Positions 16,830 to 33,022 of a stretch of DNA of 64,000 nucleotides are shown here, in pieces. Origin of the DNA: Dictyostelium discoideum (Eukaryota); NCBI GenBank assembly GCA_000004695.1, contig CM000150.2, forward strand, positions 2,336,001 to 2,400,000. Direction: 5' to 3'. The position numbers were made by a program, and so were the translations under genes. A model generated the notes under the pieces. It worked only from the letters and a program-made list of their open reading frames with translations. It ran no database searches and was not told the origin of the DNA. How positions within the stretch are numbered: position 1 is the first letter of the stretch; every line of letters starts with the position of its first letter.

Positions 16830-16904
16830 ATTATTATTGTTATAATATAAGCATAATAATATTAAAAATCCCCCACACAACCATTGAATTAAATTTAATA
16901 CATC

Positions 16905-16959
<55 letters not shown>

Positions 16960-17412
16960 ACACCCAAATCACACAACCCCACATTAACTTCATTTTTTTT
17001 CATTTATATGTTTCAAAAACACCAATCGGTTTCATCCTTTTGTACATTCAAATTTTTAATTAATAATAATATTATCCTAAAAAAATAAAAAATAAAAAAT
17101 AAAAAAAAAAAAAAAAACCTATAAAAAGTTAAACTTTTTTTTTATTTTTTTGTTTTATTAATTAAAAATAATCCATCAAAAAAACAACTATAACAAAAAT
17201 AATAAACAACAATAATTATATTAATCAAAAATAAAATAAACCAACTCAATAATATTATTTTTTTTATTTTTTTTTTTATTTTCTTTGTATTTTATAATAA
17301 TAAATTTGTATAATAAAATCTTTTTTTCCAAAAAAATAATTTATTAATATTTTTTAACTATCTTTACTTCAATTAAAACAGAAATAAATATAATAAAAAA
17401 AAAAAAAAAAAA

Positions 17413-19776
<2,364 letters not shown>

Positions 19777-20329
19777 TTTTTTTTTAATAAAACACATATA
19801 TCTTTTTTTTCTTTTTTTTAAAAATATAAATTTACTTTAATTTTTAATTTTTTTTTTATCCGCCATTCATTTTTTTTTTTTTTTTTTCGATGCCTTTTTT
19901 CATTTTTTAAGGGTTTTTTATTTCCTGTAATATATTTTTTATTTTTTCTTTTTATTTATTTTATTTTATTTTTACTTTTAAATTTTATTTTATTTTTACT
20001 TTTTATTTATTTTATTTTTATTTTTAAATTTTATTTTTAAATTTATTTATTTTGTTTTTATTTTTAAATTTTATTTTTATTTATTTTTTTTTATTATTAC
20101 TTTTTTTATTTTATTTTTATAAATAGAAATAGGTGAAATAATGAAAGATTTAGAACAATTTGATGATATGATTGGGATCTCTAATATTAATTTTTTTGAT
20201 TTATTAAAAAAGGTTGAATTTTTAATAAAAGAAAAAAAAGATAATAGAGGTCGAAACAAATTTATAAAACAAAAGAAAAATTATTTGTCACCTTATTTCA
20301 CATGAGGCATTATACAAGATTAATTGTTT

Positions 20330-20699
20330 TAAATAAGTTGTTATTAGTGCATCTACATTCACTAGGATATATGATGAGATATTGGATATACTTTTTCAAT
20401 TGTTTGAGAGAGATAAAGACTTTATATCAAAATTGGAAAAAGAAAAAGAATTTATATTAGGTGATAGAGGATTTGTTGGTATTGGAAGGTTAACTATTCC
20501 AAAAGGTAAAAGAGATTATGAACAGAAACAAACAGATATAGATCAAAAATCAATAAGAATAATTATTGAAAATGTGTTTTCAAAAATAAAAAGATTCTTT
20601 ATTACAAGTATGCCACTAAGATATAAATTTTCAGTAGGATCAATTGATATGGATAGTGTTCAAGAAAAACACAATAAGAGATCTAAAAAAAAATCTTAA
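20330..20699 (+). mobile_element. Remnant of a PIF/Harbinger-like DDE (DDE_Tnp_4) transposase, C-terminal part only, no start codon
   Basis: Translation ...FILGDRGFVGIGRLTIPKGKRDYEQKQTDIDQKSIRIIIENVFSKIKRFFI matches the Harbinger C-terminal block (LGDsGY...ltP........N...s..R..vEn.Fg.lK.RFril) including the third catalytic E. The frame only opens at about 20330 after a stop, with no ATG; the M in the ORF track is a TTG. Confidence 0.4.
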
Positions 20700-21126
20700 A
20701 AAATGACAACGAATAATAAAATAATTTAATAATGAATTCAATGATTTTTTAATTGTTCACCATTTTTTTTTTCATATAAAATTAATATGAAAAAAAAATG
20801 AAAAAAAAAACAAAAAAAAACACTTCTGTGGATAATTGAATTAATTATAATTAACTCAGCGTATTTTAAAAAAGATCGAGTTATCACGGAATAAATTCAG
20901 TTGTTTCGAAATTGAAAAATTAATTCAATTATTCACAGAAAGGTCAATTGGAAAATTCATTTTTTTTGTTTTTTTTTTGGTGGAATCCATTCCAGGGTCC
21001 CAAATTTATAAGTGAAATTACCCAAAATCCCAAAAAAAAAAGTTTTTTTTTCGAAAAAAAAAAATAAAAAAATATAAATATAAATAAAAAATAAAAAATG
21101 AAAAAAAAAAACACTTTGAAATCAAA

Positions 21127-21543
21127 ATGATAAATAAATTCTATTTATATCCAATTTATTTAATAATAATTATTTGCATTAATAGCAATAATAATAATAA
21201 TAATAATGGTGCCTTTGTATTAGGACAAGTTCAAGGAGTAACTTATTCAATTGATCAAAGTTTTGGTTATACCTATTTAAATTCATTTTCGGGTTCATGT
21301 CAATATTCATTTTCATTAAAAGTTTATAATAATCTATCCCCAGTCACTGAATTAAAATATGATGTAGAACCAGGACTAACAATAAAACCAATGATAATTG
21401 ATTCAGTTAATAACTATTCAATTTTTTCGATTAATTGTCCATTGACTGTAAATATTCCCAAGCAATTTAAATTTCTTGGGAACACTTTAAATCCACAAGT
21501 AAATTCTTTATCAAAAAACTTTTCAACTGATTTATATTGCCAA

Positions 21544-21610
<67 letters not shown>

Positions 21611-24600
21611 ATTAACAATTATAAAAAAAATAAATAAAGATTTTAATGTTGAAGGTTTAAATTTAGATATAAATAATTCAAGTTTGGTAGCTAATGATGG
21701 ATTTAATGGAATTAGTGGTTTATTAAGTATTAGTGGTTTAAAATATCCAATTAAAGAAATTACAGCTAGTTCAAAATATGCCCAAGTAAAGATATTCAAT
21801 AAAATTAATAATTTATATTATATAACTTTCTCTTCACCACCTCCAACTAATATTGGCGTTTGGCTTATAGATTTATTATTTCCAAATAAAAATTTAACTG
21901 TAGCATTAATTAATAATCTTTTTAAGAGTAGGTTTTATTTTATTTTTATTTTTTATAATAAAAAAAAAAAAAAAAAAAAAACTAAAAATTAATAATTTAT
22001 ATAGATACAAATAACTTAATTAGTGATTATAAAGTTTATGAACCATCAATTGACACTTTAAGATTAATGGGTACATTTACTCCACCATGTTTTACATTTA
22101 CATTGAATGACAATACAGAAGCATTACAAAGTTATCCATTCTTTTTTGTAAAATTATTTAATGATGTTACTTTGAATAATCCAGTTATCCAAGTATCATT
22201 TAATAATGTGCCTTATTATCTTGGAGATTTTTCAAGATTCAATTCAATTGATCAATATTCAGGTTCAATTCTCTCAACATTACAAAACCCAATTGCAAAT
22301 ATATCCTATCAATACAATAATAATTATGTTGATGCATTTCCCAAGAGTTTAAATTATTTGTGTAAGTTTTATTTATTTATTTATTTATTTATTTATTTTA
22401 TTTATTTATTATAATAATAATAATAATTATTATTATTGTTCTTATTTTAGATAAAAGTCTTAGTTTAAGTCAAGGTTCTACGGGACCTAGTAAAACCACA
22501 GATAAAATTACACTATTTCGAACTTCATTTCAAAAAATTTCACATACAAAATGTGAATTAAAAAATGATAGAAATATTACAAAATTTTTAGATTTTCCTT
22601 ACGGATATGGTATAGGTAGTACTAATTCATTCATTTTTAATTTTGAATTGTATGATCCGATTCGAACTCTAAGTTATAGGTTAGAAGTTTCTAGAACGAC
22701 TTTTTCTTCAAATTCTCCTCCAAACATAGGTAAGTTTTTATTTTACTAATTATCGATTGATTTTTTTTATTTTTTTGTTTATTTAAATAAATAATTAATT
22801 TTACTAAAAAAAAAAAAAATAGTATCAAGATTAAGATATTTTAAAATTGATAGAATTTTCAATAGATATGTTATGATTAGTGTTGGATTTTATCTTGAAA
22901 GTTCATCAAATTTTGATAATGTTTTAATTGGTAAACCAGGTGATGCAGATAAATTATTTAGATTCAATAGTTATAATGAAACTACTGGTTTATATCAAAT
23001 GTTTTATAAATATTCTAAAAATCCATTCAATAGAGATGATGATCGATTTTCATTTAGAGTTTTAAGTACAAATGGTGCAATAACTACATTTATAGAAGAT
23101 GAAGTGTTTATTGACCAATTTTCAAATAAAGGTACCATTTTATCACCTTCAAATTATTTTACAGAATTTAATAGTGAAGATATTGAAAGTATAACATTTA
23201 AAGAAAATGTTGTAAATACTACATTAAAATCAACATTGAATAGGGTTTATGTTAAATTAAACACCACCAATTCAAAAGTTATACCAAAAGGTGATAGTAT
23301 ACCAATTGGTTTTCAATTTAGAAATGGTAGAAGATTTACTAAAAATCCAGAATCATATCAAGATTTATTAGAAGATTCAGAGGGTAAAAAAGTTTATTAT
23401 TTAGATTGGAATAGTACATCAAAAGCATGGGAATCTGATTTTATAATACCAGCAAATTTAGTAACTGGTCAAATTTATTATTACATTCTAAGTTCAAAAC
23501 AATTACATAATAATTTCTATCAAAAATTCCCTTTAACAGTATTTTCAAATCAATTTGATCTTTTAGGTCCAATTATTTATAATCTTTCAAAATTGACACC
23601 AATTGAATCATCAACTGAAATTGAATTTGGTTGGGATATTAATATTAAAGATGAATTAAATGGTTTTAAAAGTGGTTTTATTGTAGTTAGAGGTGATATT
23701 GATAATTCAATTTATAATTATACATTAACATCAAAAATTGGTAATAATATTCTTATTGAAAATGATGTTATAAAATCAATTGACTTTAAAATAAGAATTA
23801 AAATTTCAAAAGTTCCAACATGTGTAACTCAAACTTATTCTATTACTGAATTGTTTTTACAAGATAATCAAGATCATATTACAAAATTTAATCAAGTTGA
23901 AGAAAAGTCACAACTTTATCCACAATTGAACCCATTTTTATTCTTTTTTAATTCATCTTTAATTATTACAACTAGTATTATATGTCCTTCAGCTGTTCCA
24001 TCACCAAATGATTCAAATGTACCAATAATAACTAGTCTTGCTTTAAAGAATAGTCAATTAATCGAATTTAATAATGATACAAAATCATTTGAAGCATCAA
24101 TAGTATTCACTGTTTATTCTTATTTTGGAATTAAAAATGAACAATATCCAACATGTTATTTAAATTCTGGTGATTTAGATTTTATTTATTCAAAAGCAAT
24201 TCTTGAATCATTTAATGATACATCCTATAATTATCGTTGTGTAATTCCTGTTAGAAGAGGATTTGGTTATCCAAATCAAATATTACTTTCAATCTTTGGT
24301 TTAATTAGTAATATTGGTTTATTTAATGGTTATACATCAGGTGTATTATTTAATACATTTGGTATTGGTATATTTCCAAATAGTGTTTCTGTTCCTACTT
24401 TTTCATTCCCAGTTTTAACAAATGTTTATTATTCAAGTGGATCATTTTGGATTCAAGGTTATAATTTATTCAATTTGAATTTTGTTATGGTTACAAATGT
24501 AACTTCTTCAACAAAAATTTATTATGAAATTGATAACACAATCGATAGTAGATTTCAAAATTTAATAAAATTAAATATTCAATCATTATCAGGAAACTTT

Positions 24601-25800
24601 GATTTTTTAGTTGTGGGAATTCAATATGATTCAAGAACTACAAATACACTTTTCTTTGATAATAGATTAATAGTAAATTATGAACCACCAACAACACCAC
24701 CAATTGTACCAACTTTAACACCAATTCAAAAATGTTCTGGAACACCATTATGTGGTGGTATTGATCATGGTTATTGTAGTCAAACGGTTGGTTGTATTTG
24801 TTATTCACCATATATTGGAATTGATTGTACATCACAAGTTATTGTAATACCTCAACCAAATATAACAAAACCAACTGATCCATCTGTTATTATTGAAACT
24901 AAACCTATTGGAGATAATAATAACCAAACATCAGGTAATCAAGTTTTATTATCAAGTATAATTTCAATTGCTGAACTTAGAGAAATTAATAGTAATAATA
25001 ATACAATTATAAAAAGATTTAAATTTGAAAAATGGGTTCAAACTACATTATCACCCACAATATCACAATATATTTCAAATGATGTATCGGATGGTTTAAT
25101 AGATCCACCAGCAATTGTAAATGTAAGAATTGAATGGTTTTCAAATTCAACCAATATCTCTTTTGCTGATCAATCAATTTTAATTAATCCATCAACTTTA
25201 AAATATACAATCACCATTTCACAATATAAATATCAATCAAGATTAAATAATCTTCAATTGATTATGAATGCTAAAGTTCAATCTAATCAAAGTGATAATA
25301 TATGCTCAAGTTATCAATTTGGTGAATCTTTTGATTATGAACATGAAAATAGTATTAACTTTATAAAATTACAAATTGGTAAATATAGTTTAAGAGGTAA
25401 ATATATTAAAAGAGCAATTATTGATTCTTCAAGAATTGTTACAATTAAAAATGAAATCTTATATGATTTAGATAATCAACAACAACAACAACAACAAGCA
25501 AATAGTACTCAATCATATGTTGGTATTACAATACCATACTTTTTAGATAGTGCAATATTAGATCCAGATTTTTCAGTTTTATTAGATAGTGGTGAAGCAA
25601 ATTCAGATTCTCCAAACTCTGTTTGTGGAAATGACTTTGAATCTGGTTTAAGTAAAGGTCAACTTATTGGAATTATTATTGGTTCTGCAATTTTTTTCAT
25701 CAGTCTTGTAGCTATTTTAATTTATTTAGTTTATAAAACTGCCATTTGTTTACCAGTTAGAATATTTTTATATAAAATATCAAAAAAATCAAAGGTGTAA
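21127..25800 (+). CDS. Large type I membrane glycoprotein (about 1439 aa) with signal peptide, EGF-like module and single C-terminal TM; 5 exons 21127..21544, 21640..21927, 22005..22361, 22451..22729, 22823..25800
   Basis: Signal peptide MINKFYLYPIYLIIIICINS. Four short introns (GTAAAA/GTAGGT/GTAAGT/GTAAGT donors, AG acceptors) are all phase-consistent with no stops across the junctions. EGF-like CSGTPLCGGIDHGYCSQTVGCICYSPYIGIDCTSQ; TM IGIIIGSAIFFISLVAILIYLVY; many NxS/T sites. Confidence 0.65.
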
Positions 25801-25965
25801 TTTAATAAAAATAATAAAATAAATAAATTTTAAGGTTCTTAAATTATTTTTTTATAATTAGATAGATTTTTCACTTATTAAAATAAATTAATAAATAATA
25901 AATAAACATCAAAAAAAAAGAAAATAATAAAAACGACTAAAATAACATTGCTTTCTTTTTATTTT

Positions 25966-25996
<31 letters not shown>

Positions 25997-26107
25997 CAAT
26001 TTTCCATTTTTTTTCATTAAATTTCTCGAAAAACAAATTTTTTTTTTTTTTTTATTTTTTCATTTTTTTTTTTTTCTAAACAAATAATTATATATTAATA
26101 AGAAAAA

Positions 26108-27016
26108 ATGGATTTATTTAGTCATTTAAATTGGTATAGTGGCGATTTTATGAATGAAGATGGCGAGCCAATAAAGAGTATACCAAGTGGAAAATTAATA
26201 TTAGTTTCAGATACATTAGAATCTGAAGGTTCATTTTTAATTCATTATTTTTTACAATCAATATTTAAAGCAACAACCTCAACAAACTCATCAACCAACA
26301 ATAATAATAGCAATAATAGTGGTGGTGTTGGTGGTGGTGCATGTTTATTAGGATTGAATCAAAGTTTATATAATTATTTTAATGTTGGTAGAAAATTAGG
26401 ATATAATTTAACAACAGAATATAATAAAGGTAATTTCACATTTATAAATGGATTATCAACACCATATAAATGGATAATTGAACAAAGATTACAACAATTA
26501 GAGGATCAAGGTATTGATGAAGAACCACAATTAGACTCAATCTCTCAAGGTTTTAATCCATTTCCAACTATTCATTTAATTGATAATAAGAATATCACTT
26601 CCTCCTCCTCCTCCTCTTCTTATTCAAACTCTAATAATAAAAATAAAAATAATAATGAATTAAAAGACATTTTATATAAAATTTATAATGAATTTATAAA
26701 TGATCATAAGAAAAGAGTAATGAATAATAATAATAATTCAAAGACTTTATTCATTATTGATGGTTTAAATTTATTAGAGAGTCATTATTCTACAAATCCA
26801 AGTGGTTCAAATATGGATATTTTAAACTTTTTACAATATTGTCATAATTATATCAAAGAGAATTCAACAACTTGTAGTATGATAATACTTTATCATAGTG
26901 ATTGTGATGAAGATTCAAAATTCTTTAATTTACTTCAATATGAATCCGATTTAACAATCAATATAACTGGTTTAAAATCTGGTTATTCAAAAGATATTGA
27001 TGGTCAAGTAAGTTTT

Positions 27017-27074
<58 letters not shown>

Positions 27075-27237
27075 GTCATTTTCAAACAATTTCTAATAAC
27101 TTTTTTTTTTTTTTTTTTAGTTAAATTTTATACAAAAAGATGAAAAAAATAATACATTTACAAGAGTTAATCCAATTCATTATCAAGCATTAGATAATTC
27201 AATTAGATTCTTCTCAATGGGTTCAAGAATTCAATAA
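26108..27237 (+). CDS. elp6: Elongator complex protein 6 (ELP6) homolog, about 338 aa; exons 26108..27007 and 27121..27237
   Basis: N-terminal GKLILVSDTLESEGSFLIHYFLQSIFKA resembles the ELP6 GKLTLLCDAKTDGSFLVHHFLSFYLKA. The C-terminal ...LTINITGLKSGYSKDIDGQ|LNFIQKDE...IRFFSMGS is collinear with the ELP6 tail. GTAAGT donor at 27008 and a T-rich intron ending at 27120. Confidence 0.6.
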
Positions 27238-27309
27238 AGTCTTTTTTTTTTTTTACAATTTATTTTTTTATTTTCATTTTTATTTTTTTTATTTTTATTA
27301 AATAGATTT

Positions 27310-27892
27310 TTAAAAGATAATACAGTTCGAGGTTTGATTATATTTTTCAAAAGGGTCATTAGCGATAGCCACTTTTACAGCTTCATCAAAAACAATTTTT
27401 AGACCTTGTTTTGTAAGTGCTGAACATTCTAAATATTGAATAGCTTTAATCTTTTTCATTAATGTATGACCTTGTTCATATGAGATTGGATTTAATTTAT
27501 CTTGTTTTAATTTATCTTTAATATCTTTATCATCTCTTTTATCTATTTTAGTGGCAACTAATATTATTGGTATATTTGGTGAATAATGTCTACATTCTAG
27601 ATTCCATTTATTAAGAACATTATGATGAAGTTGAAATAATTGAGAAACAAATTAAAAATACATTTACATTTTCATAATTTTTTGGTCTTAATAAATTATA
27701 TTCACTTTGACGTGCACAATCCCACAAATCAAGTAAAATCTGTTTCTCATTATCAATATTAATTTTCATTGTATGATTATCAATTATTGTTGGAATATAT
27801 TCATTTAGAAAATTATTAGTTGTGTATGTTATTAATAAACTTGGCTTTCCAACATATGTATCTCCTATTACTACACATTTTATTGTTTTCAT
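27310..27892 (-). pseudogene. Intronless, degenerate Rac-like GTPase copy with a +1 frameshift (probable pseudogene or pseudoGTPase)
   Basis: Collinear with Rac1 over the full length, but the P-loop reads GDTYVGKPSLL (Rac [11 protein letters not shown]) and switch II reads WDCARQSEY (WDTAGQEDY). The reading frame switches at about 27621 (..FSIISTSS stop, then NVLNKWNLECRHYSPNIPIILVATKIDKRDDKD... continues in the +1 frame to a CIIF CAAX box and stop at 27310). It has no introns where the adjacent rac1 gene has two. Confidence 0.5.
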
Positions 27893-28110
27893 TTATTTTT
27901 AATGTTTTTTTTTTTTTTTTTTTGAATTGTTTTTTTTTTTTTTTTTTTTTTTATTTCAAAGAAAGGATATTTTAAAATTTTGATCAAAATAAAAAATACA
28001 ATTTATTTAAAAAAAAAAAATAAAATAAAAAGAATATACCTTTTTAAAAAAAATAAAAAGAAAAAGAATAATTGTATTTAATTTTTGATTGGTTGGTTGA
28101 GGAGATAAAG

Positions 28111-28117
<7 letters not shown>

Positions 28118-28198
<81 letters not shown>
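28118..28198. repeat. Poly(T) homopolymer about 80 nt between the two Rac loci
   Basis: Uninterrupted T run visible at 28118..28198. Confidence 0.95.
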
Positions 28199-28211
28199 CT
28201 TTTTTTTTTTT

Positions 28212-29103
<892 letters not shown>

Positions 29104-29531
29104 TTAATTTTTGTTTGTTTATGCCATTTGATTTAAAAAATAAAATTTAGTTTTTAAAGTAAAAAAAAAATGAATAAAAAAAAAAAAATTTTTAATTATA
29201 ATATGATATTTCCAAAATTAAAATGAATAATAAAATAATTAAAAAAAAAAAAAAGTCATAAAAATAAAATTTGAAATTTTTTCTATGAAAAAAAGGGGTT
29301 ATTTTTGGGATTATTTTTTTTTTTTTTAATAAAAATAGATTTTAATTTTATTTTAAAAGGGAATATATTAAAATTTTTCTTTCAATTTTAGTTTTTTTTT
29401 TTTATTACTATTGAATATTTTAATTAGGTATATATTTTTTAAAATTTGAATAACATACATTAATTTTTTGTTTTTTTTTTTTTTGTTTTTTTTAATTTTT
29501 TTTTTTTTTCTTGTTTTTTTTATACTAAACA

Positions 29532-29541
29532 ATGAAAGAAG

Positions 29542-29574
<33 letters not shown>

Positions 29575-30200
29575 AAAATACAACAAAAATAATAAGGAAT
29601 GAAGATGATGATTACGAATTAGTTAAAGTAATAATATTGGGTGATAATAAAACTGGTAAAAGTTCAATTTTAAGAAGATATCATTATAATGAATTTGAAT
29701 TAGGAGTATCATCAATTGGTGTTGATTTCATTAAAAAAGATTATGGTATGGTAAATGGTAAATATTATAAAATTCAAATTTGGGATGTAAATAGTTGTGA
29801 TAGGTTTAGATTATTAACCCACTCCTATTATAAGGGTGCACATGGTTTCATGTTATTATATGATTGTACTAATCAAGAATCATTTAATAATTTACAATTT
29901 TGGATCAATGAAATTATAAATAAATCACCAAATTCAAATAATTCAACAATTGTTATCATTGGTAATAAATGTGATTTAGTTAATGGCATTAAAATTGATC
30001 CAATTAAATCTAAACAATTTTGTGATTCAAAATCAATAACTTCATTTCAAAATGTTTCTGCAAAAGATTCTATCAATATAAATGAACCATTTGAAATTTT
30101 ATTTAGACAAATAATTAAAAAAGGTCATTCACAAACAGTTTCTCCAAAACATGATACATATGAAAATAATAATATTAATAAATCATGTAATATTTTATAA
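29532..30200 (+). CDS. Rab-like small GTPase (222 aa) with non-canonical switch II lacking the catalytic Gln; C-terminal CNIL
   Basis: G1 GDNKTGKSS, NKCD, SAK and a CAAX-like CNIL tail are present, but DTAGQE is replaced by DVNSCD (WDVNSCDRF). PolyT N-terminal extension. Confidence 0.65.
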
Positions 30201-30244
30201 TTAAATTTGTTTTCGAAATAAAAATTTTGGGGGAATGATATGGT

Positions 30245-30880
30245 CATCTATTTTAGTGATGTTATAGTGAAAGTTTTAGAATTTTCTTCTCAACCTCAAG
30301 GAAATTAATTTTTCGGACTTTTACGTATAAAATTTTTAATTTTATCTAATTACTTCGTACTCTAAGTTTACAACTACCTTTTTTTGAATGGAATAACACA
30401 ATTTTTAGTTGCTTCTTCTTGAGATATATCTCATTTTATAAATTCTATTATTAGATATTACAGGTGCCTTTTAAGGTTTTATGGGTTTTTTTTTTTTTTT
30501 TTTTTTTTTTTAAAGTTGGGGGTGTAGAGTGTGTTTAGTGACGTAATATATTGTTGAGGTTTGATGGTAGTGGTACTGTGTGTAGTGGTGAGTTCCAGTG
30601 TTTGCTAAATCTTTCGAGTTGCAGGGAGATGATGTTTTTGAATTTTTTTATTTGTTCGTTGTTTGTTGCTTTTTTTTCTTGTCTGATTAGTTTGTATATG
30701 TTGTTTTTTGTTCTTTCCCAGGCTGCTGTTTGAGTTTTCTTTAGTTCGTGTACTAGTAGTTGTTTTCTTAAGTTTATGAATATGAATAAATTATTTTTTA
30801 AAACTACCTTTTTTTTTTTTTTTTTTTTGAATTGTTTTTTTAAAACTACCTTTTTTTTTTAAAAACTGCTTTTTTTTTTT
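30245..30880 (-). mobile_element. Deleted TRE5-type retroelement remnant, head-to-head with and about 50 bp upstream of tRNA-Glu
   Basis: Position and orientation are typical for TRE5 (5' end faces the tRNA). The 3' part (30361..30420) contains a diverged copy of the motif aaaatgagatNtNNcatctcaagNagaagcaactaaNaattgNgttatNcNattc, seen in the TRE5-A 3' (C-module) regions elsewhere in the window. GC-enriched 5' part at 30520..30780. Confidence 0.35.
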
Positions 30881-30930
30881 TTTTTTTTAAAACTACCAAT
30901 ACTACTATTGGATTGAATTTTTCATACAAT

Positions 30931-31002
30931 TCCTCATTGGTGTAGTCGGTAACACTCTAGTCTTTCACACTGGTACCTCGGGTTCGATTCCCGAATGGGG
31001 AG
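30931..31002 (+). tRNA. tRNA-Glu (anticodon UUC)
   Basis: Cloverleaf folds by eye: acceptor TCCTCAT/ATGGGGA, D-arm GTGT-AGTCGGTA-ACAC, anticodon stem CTAGT/ACTGG with loop CTTTCAC, T-arm TCGGG-TTCGATT-CCCGA. 72 nt, CCA not encoded. Confidence 0.9.
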
Positions 31003-31248
31003 CTTTTTAATTATTTTCCTAAAAAGATCGCATGTTCGATGCCATGTTCGCATAACCCGAACACTCCAAACCAATTCCATCATAATAAAAAAAAAAAAAA
31101 AAAAAAAAAAACAAGTAGTAGTAATCATAATATAACCAAAAATATCAACATATAACAATATAAAAATTTAAAAATTTAAAAATCTAAAAATTTAAAAATG
31201 TAATAAAATATAACAATACACCGCTTTTAGGTAAAAAAAAAAAAACGA

Positions 31249-31303
31249 TGCCATGTTCGATGCCATGTTCGATGCCATGTTCGATGCCATGTTCGATACC
31301 CAT
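31249..31303 (+). repeat. Tandem array (about 4.5 units) of a 12-mer gatgccatgttc, a B-box-like motif also present once 30 bp downstream of each tRNA-Glu
   Basis: cgatgccatgttcgatgccatgttcgatgccatgttcgatgccatgttcgataccc. The unit gttcgatgcc resembles the GGTTCGAnnCC B-box core. Single copies at 31034..31043 and, inverted, at 32259..32272. Confidence 0.8.
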
Positions 31304-32297
31304 GAAGGATGAAGATAATAAAAACAAAATATATAATACTTAAAAAATTAATTAATTATGATTATTGTGGTTAAATTATAATTCCTTATTAAGAATATTG
31401 AAAACTTAATGTTCATGTAATTTCATTACAAAACTGGGAGTGGCACAAGGATATAAAAAAGCAAAAATTTTACAATTAATTTTTTATTTTTTATTATTTT
31501 TTTATTTTAAAATTTTGAAAGGTTAATTTATTTAAAATTATACATTAGTTTTATTATTAAACATTTCCATTAAAAAAAAATCACCACTTTCTGTAACGGT
31601 ATACTCTAGAAAGACTAATATTTTATTTGTTTATAATTTATATTAGTATTTTATTTATTTATTTATTTATTTTTATATTTATATATCTTTAATAATTTAA
31701 TTTAATTTAATTTTATATAATTTTATTTAATATTTGTTTTATATATTTTATACTAGTTAATACGAGTCGACATAATATACTATAAGAGAATATTTAAAAA
31801 AATATACCAAATTTGTTAAAAATTAATTATTGAAAACACTAAATAAAGAATATATATCGAAACAATTGTTTCTGATTATAATGATATAATACTAAATAAT
31901 AATTATAGTAACGAAAAACTACTGGTTTCTTTACATTTCTAAATCACCATACTCACAATTCAAAAACAATAACGTCAGTATCATCACCATTTCTTAGAAA
32001 ATAACAATACCACAATCAAAAACGACCTAAAAAAATTGTACAATTGAAATTTTGTCTTTTTTTTTTTTGAACTAGATTACTCAATTATTACTTCTCCTTG
32101 AATGAAAAAATTTTGTGTTTAGCATGTAAGATTCAACATTGAATATCTTAATACAACTACTTAAGGAGACTTTCCATTACTATTATTTCTACTAGTGATA
32201 AGCAAACATTTAAATTTAATTTATAATTTTATTTTTGCCAATAAATTAACCTCATCATGGCATCGAACATGCGATCTTTTGTGGAAAAAAAGAAAAG

Positions 32298-32369
32298 CTC
32301 CCCATTCGGGAATCGAACCCGAGGTACCAGTGTGAAAGACTAGAGTGTTACCGACTACACCAATGAGGA
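32298..32369 (-). tRNA. tRNA-Glu (anticodon UUC), inverted duplicate of 30931..31002
   Basis: Exact reverse complement of the gene at 30931..31002. About 20 bp of 5' flank (actaccaatactactattg..tttttcat.aattcc) and the B-box-like 3' flank are also shared. Confidence 0.9.
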
Positions 32370-32417
32370 ATTTCATGAAAAATTAATTACAATAGTAGTA
32401 TTGGTAGTTGTAAAATA

Positions 32418-33022
32418 AATTTATTCTTATTCAAAAGTAAGAAGTAAAATACACTGCTCATATTGATGGGTTAAAGCAAAATCTCCTCGGGACATGTCCA
32501 TGTATAACTGACCAATAAGTATCGCAACCAAAAAACTCCTAAATGAGGGATTACAATACTATCATCGAATCTGGGGAGGTAGCTTCCAAAAACCATCCGA
32601 CGGCACAACGGCCGACAGGTTACCCCGGTATGGCACAAGCGAAGCCGTTGGTTAGTCAGTCACTGCAACAGTAAACGTGTGGCACACTGGCGAGACACTT
32701 CAAGTAACGGGAAGGAGGCTGATGCCTCTGGGACACAAAGTAAGTCGATAAAAGTAAAAATATATAAAAAGACGAATGGCGAGTGAGTGGCGCGAGAGAT
32801 GAGAGCGAGTGTCGGTCACGAAAGTGGCTTAAGGTTTCACCGATAGTATGAGTGGAGGTTGGGTAGTTGTGGCACCATCAACTTCAAGACCCCCCATAGT
32901 GTCGGCCGAGGATAAAATAAAAAAATGATTTAGAAAAAAGTTTGGACAAAAAAGATGTTTTAATCAAAAGTAATAATACAATTCAAAATTTGAAACAAAA
33001 AAAAAAAAAAAAAAAAAAAAAG
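32418..33022 (+). mobile_element. Short TRE5-type element, head-to-head about 50 bp upstream of tRNA-Glu(-): unusual GC-rich 5' segment (32461..32930) fused to a TRE5-A ORF1 internal fragment and poly(A)
   Basis: 32931..32999 matches TRE5-A ORF1 codons about 45..70 (DKIKKDLEKSLDKKDVLIKSNNT) and is followed by A23. The preceding 470 bp is about 45% GC and shares no similarity with the A-modules of the 54478 copy. Origin of the GC-rich part unresolved. Confidence 0.4.

Noticed and set aside
31249-31303. Regular 12-bp tandem repeats, and other minisatellites (19920..20130, 28555..28612), as possible CRISPR-like arrays
   Set aside because: Eukaryotic nuclear context; units are contiguous with no unique spacers; these are micro- or minisatellites.
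32461-32930. GC-rich 470-bp block as an rRNA or snRNA/SRP RNA gene
   Set aside because: No match to conserved rRNA or snRNA/7SL motifs that I can recognise. It is fused directly to the TRE5-A ORF1 sequence, so it is more likely retroelement-associated. Left as an open question in the findings.
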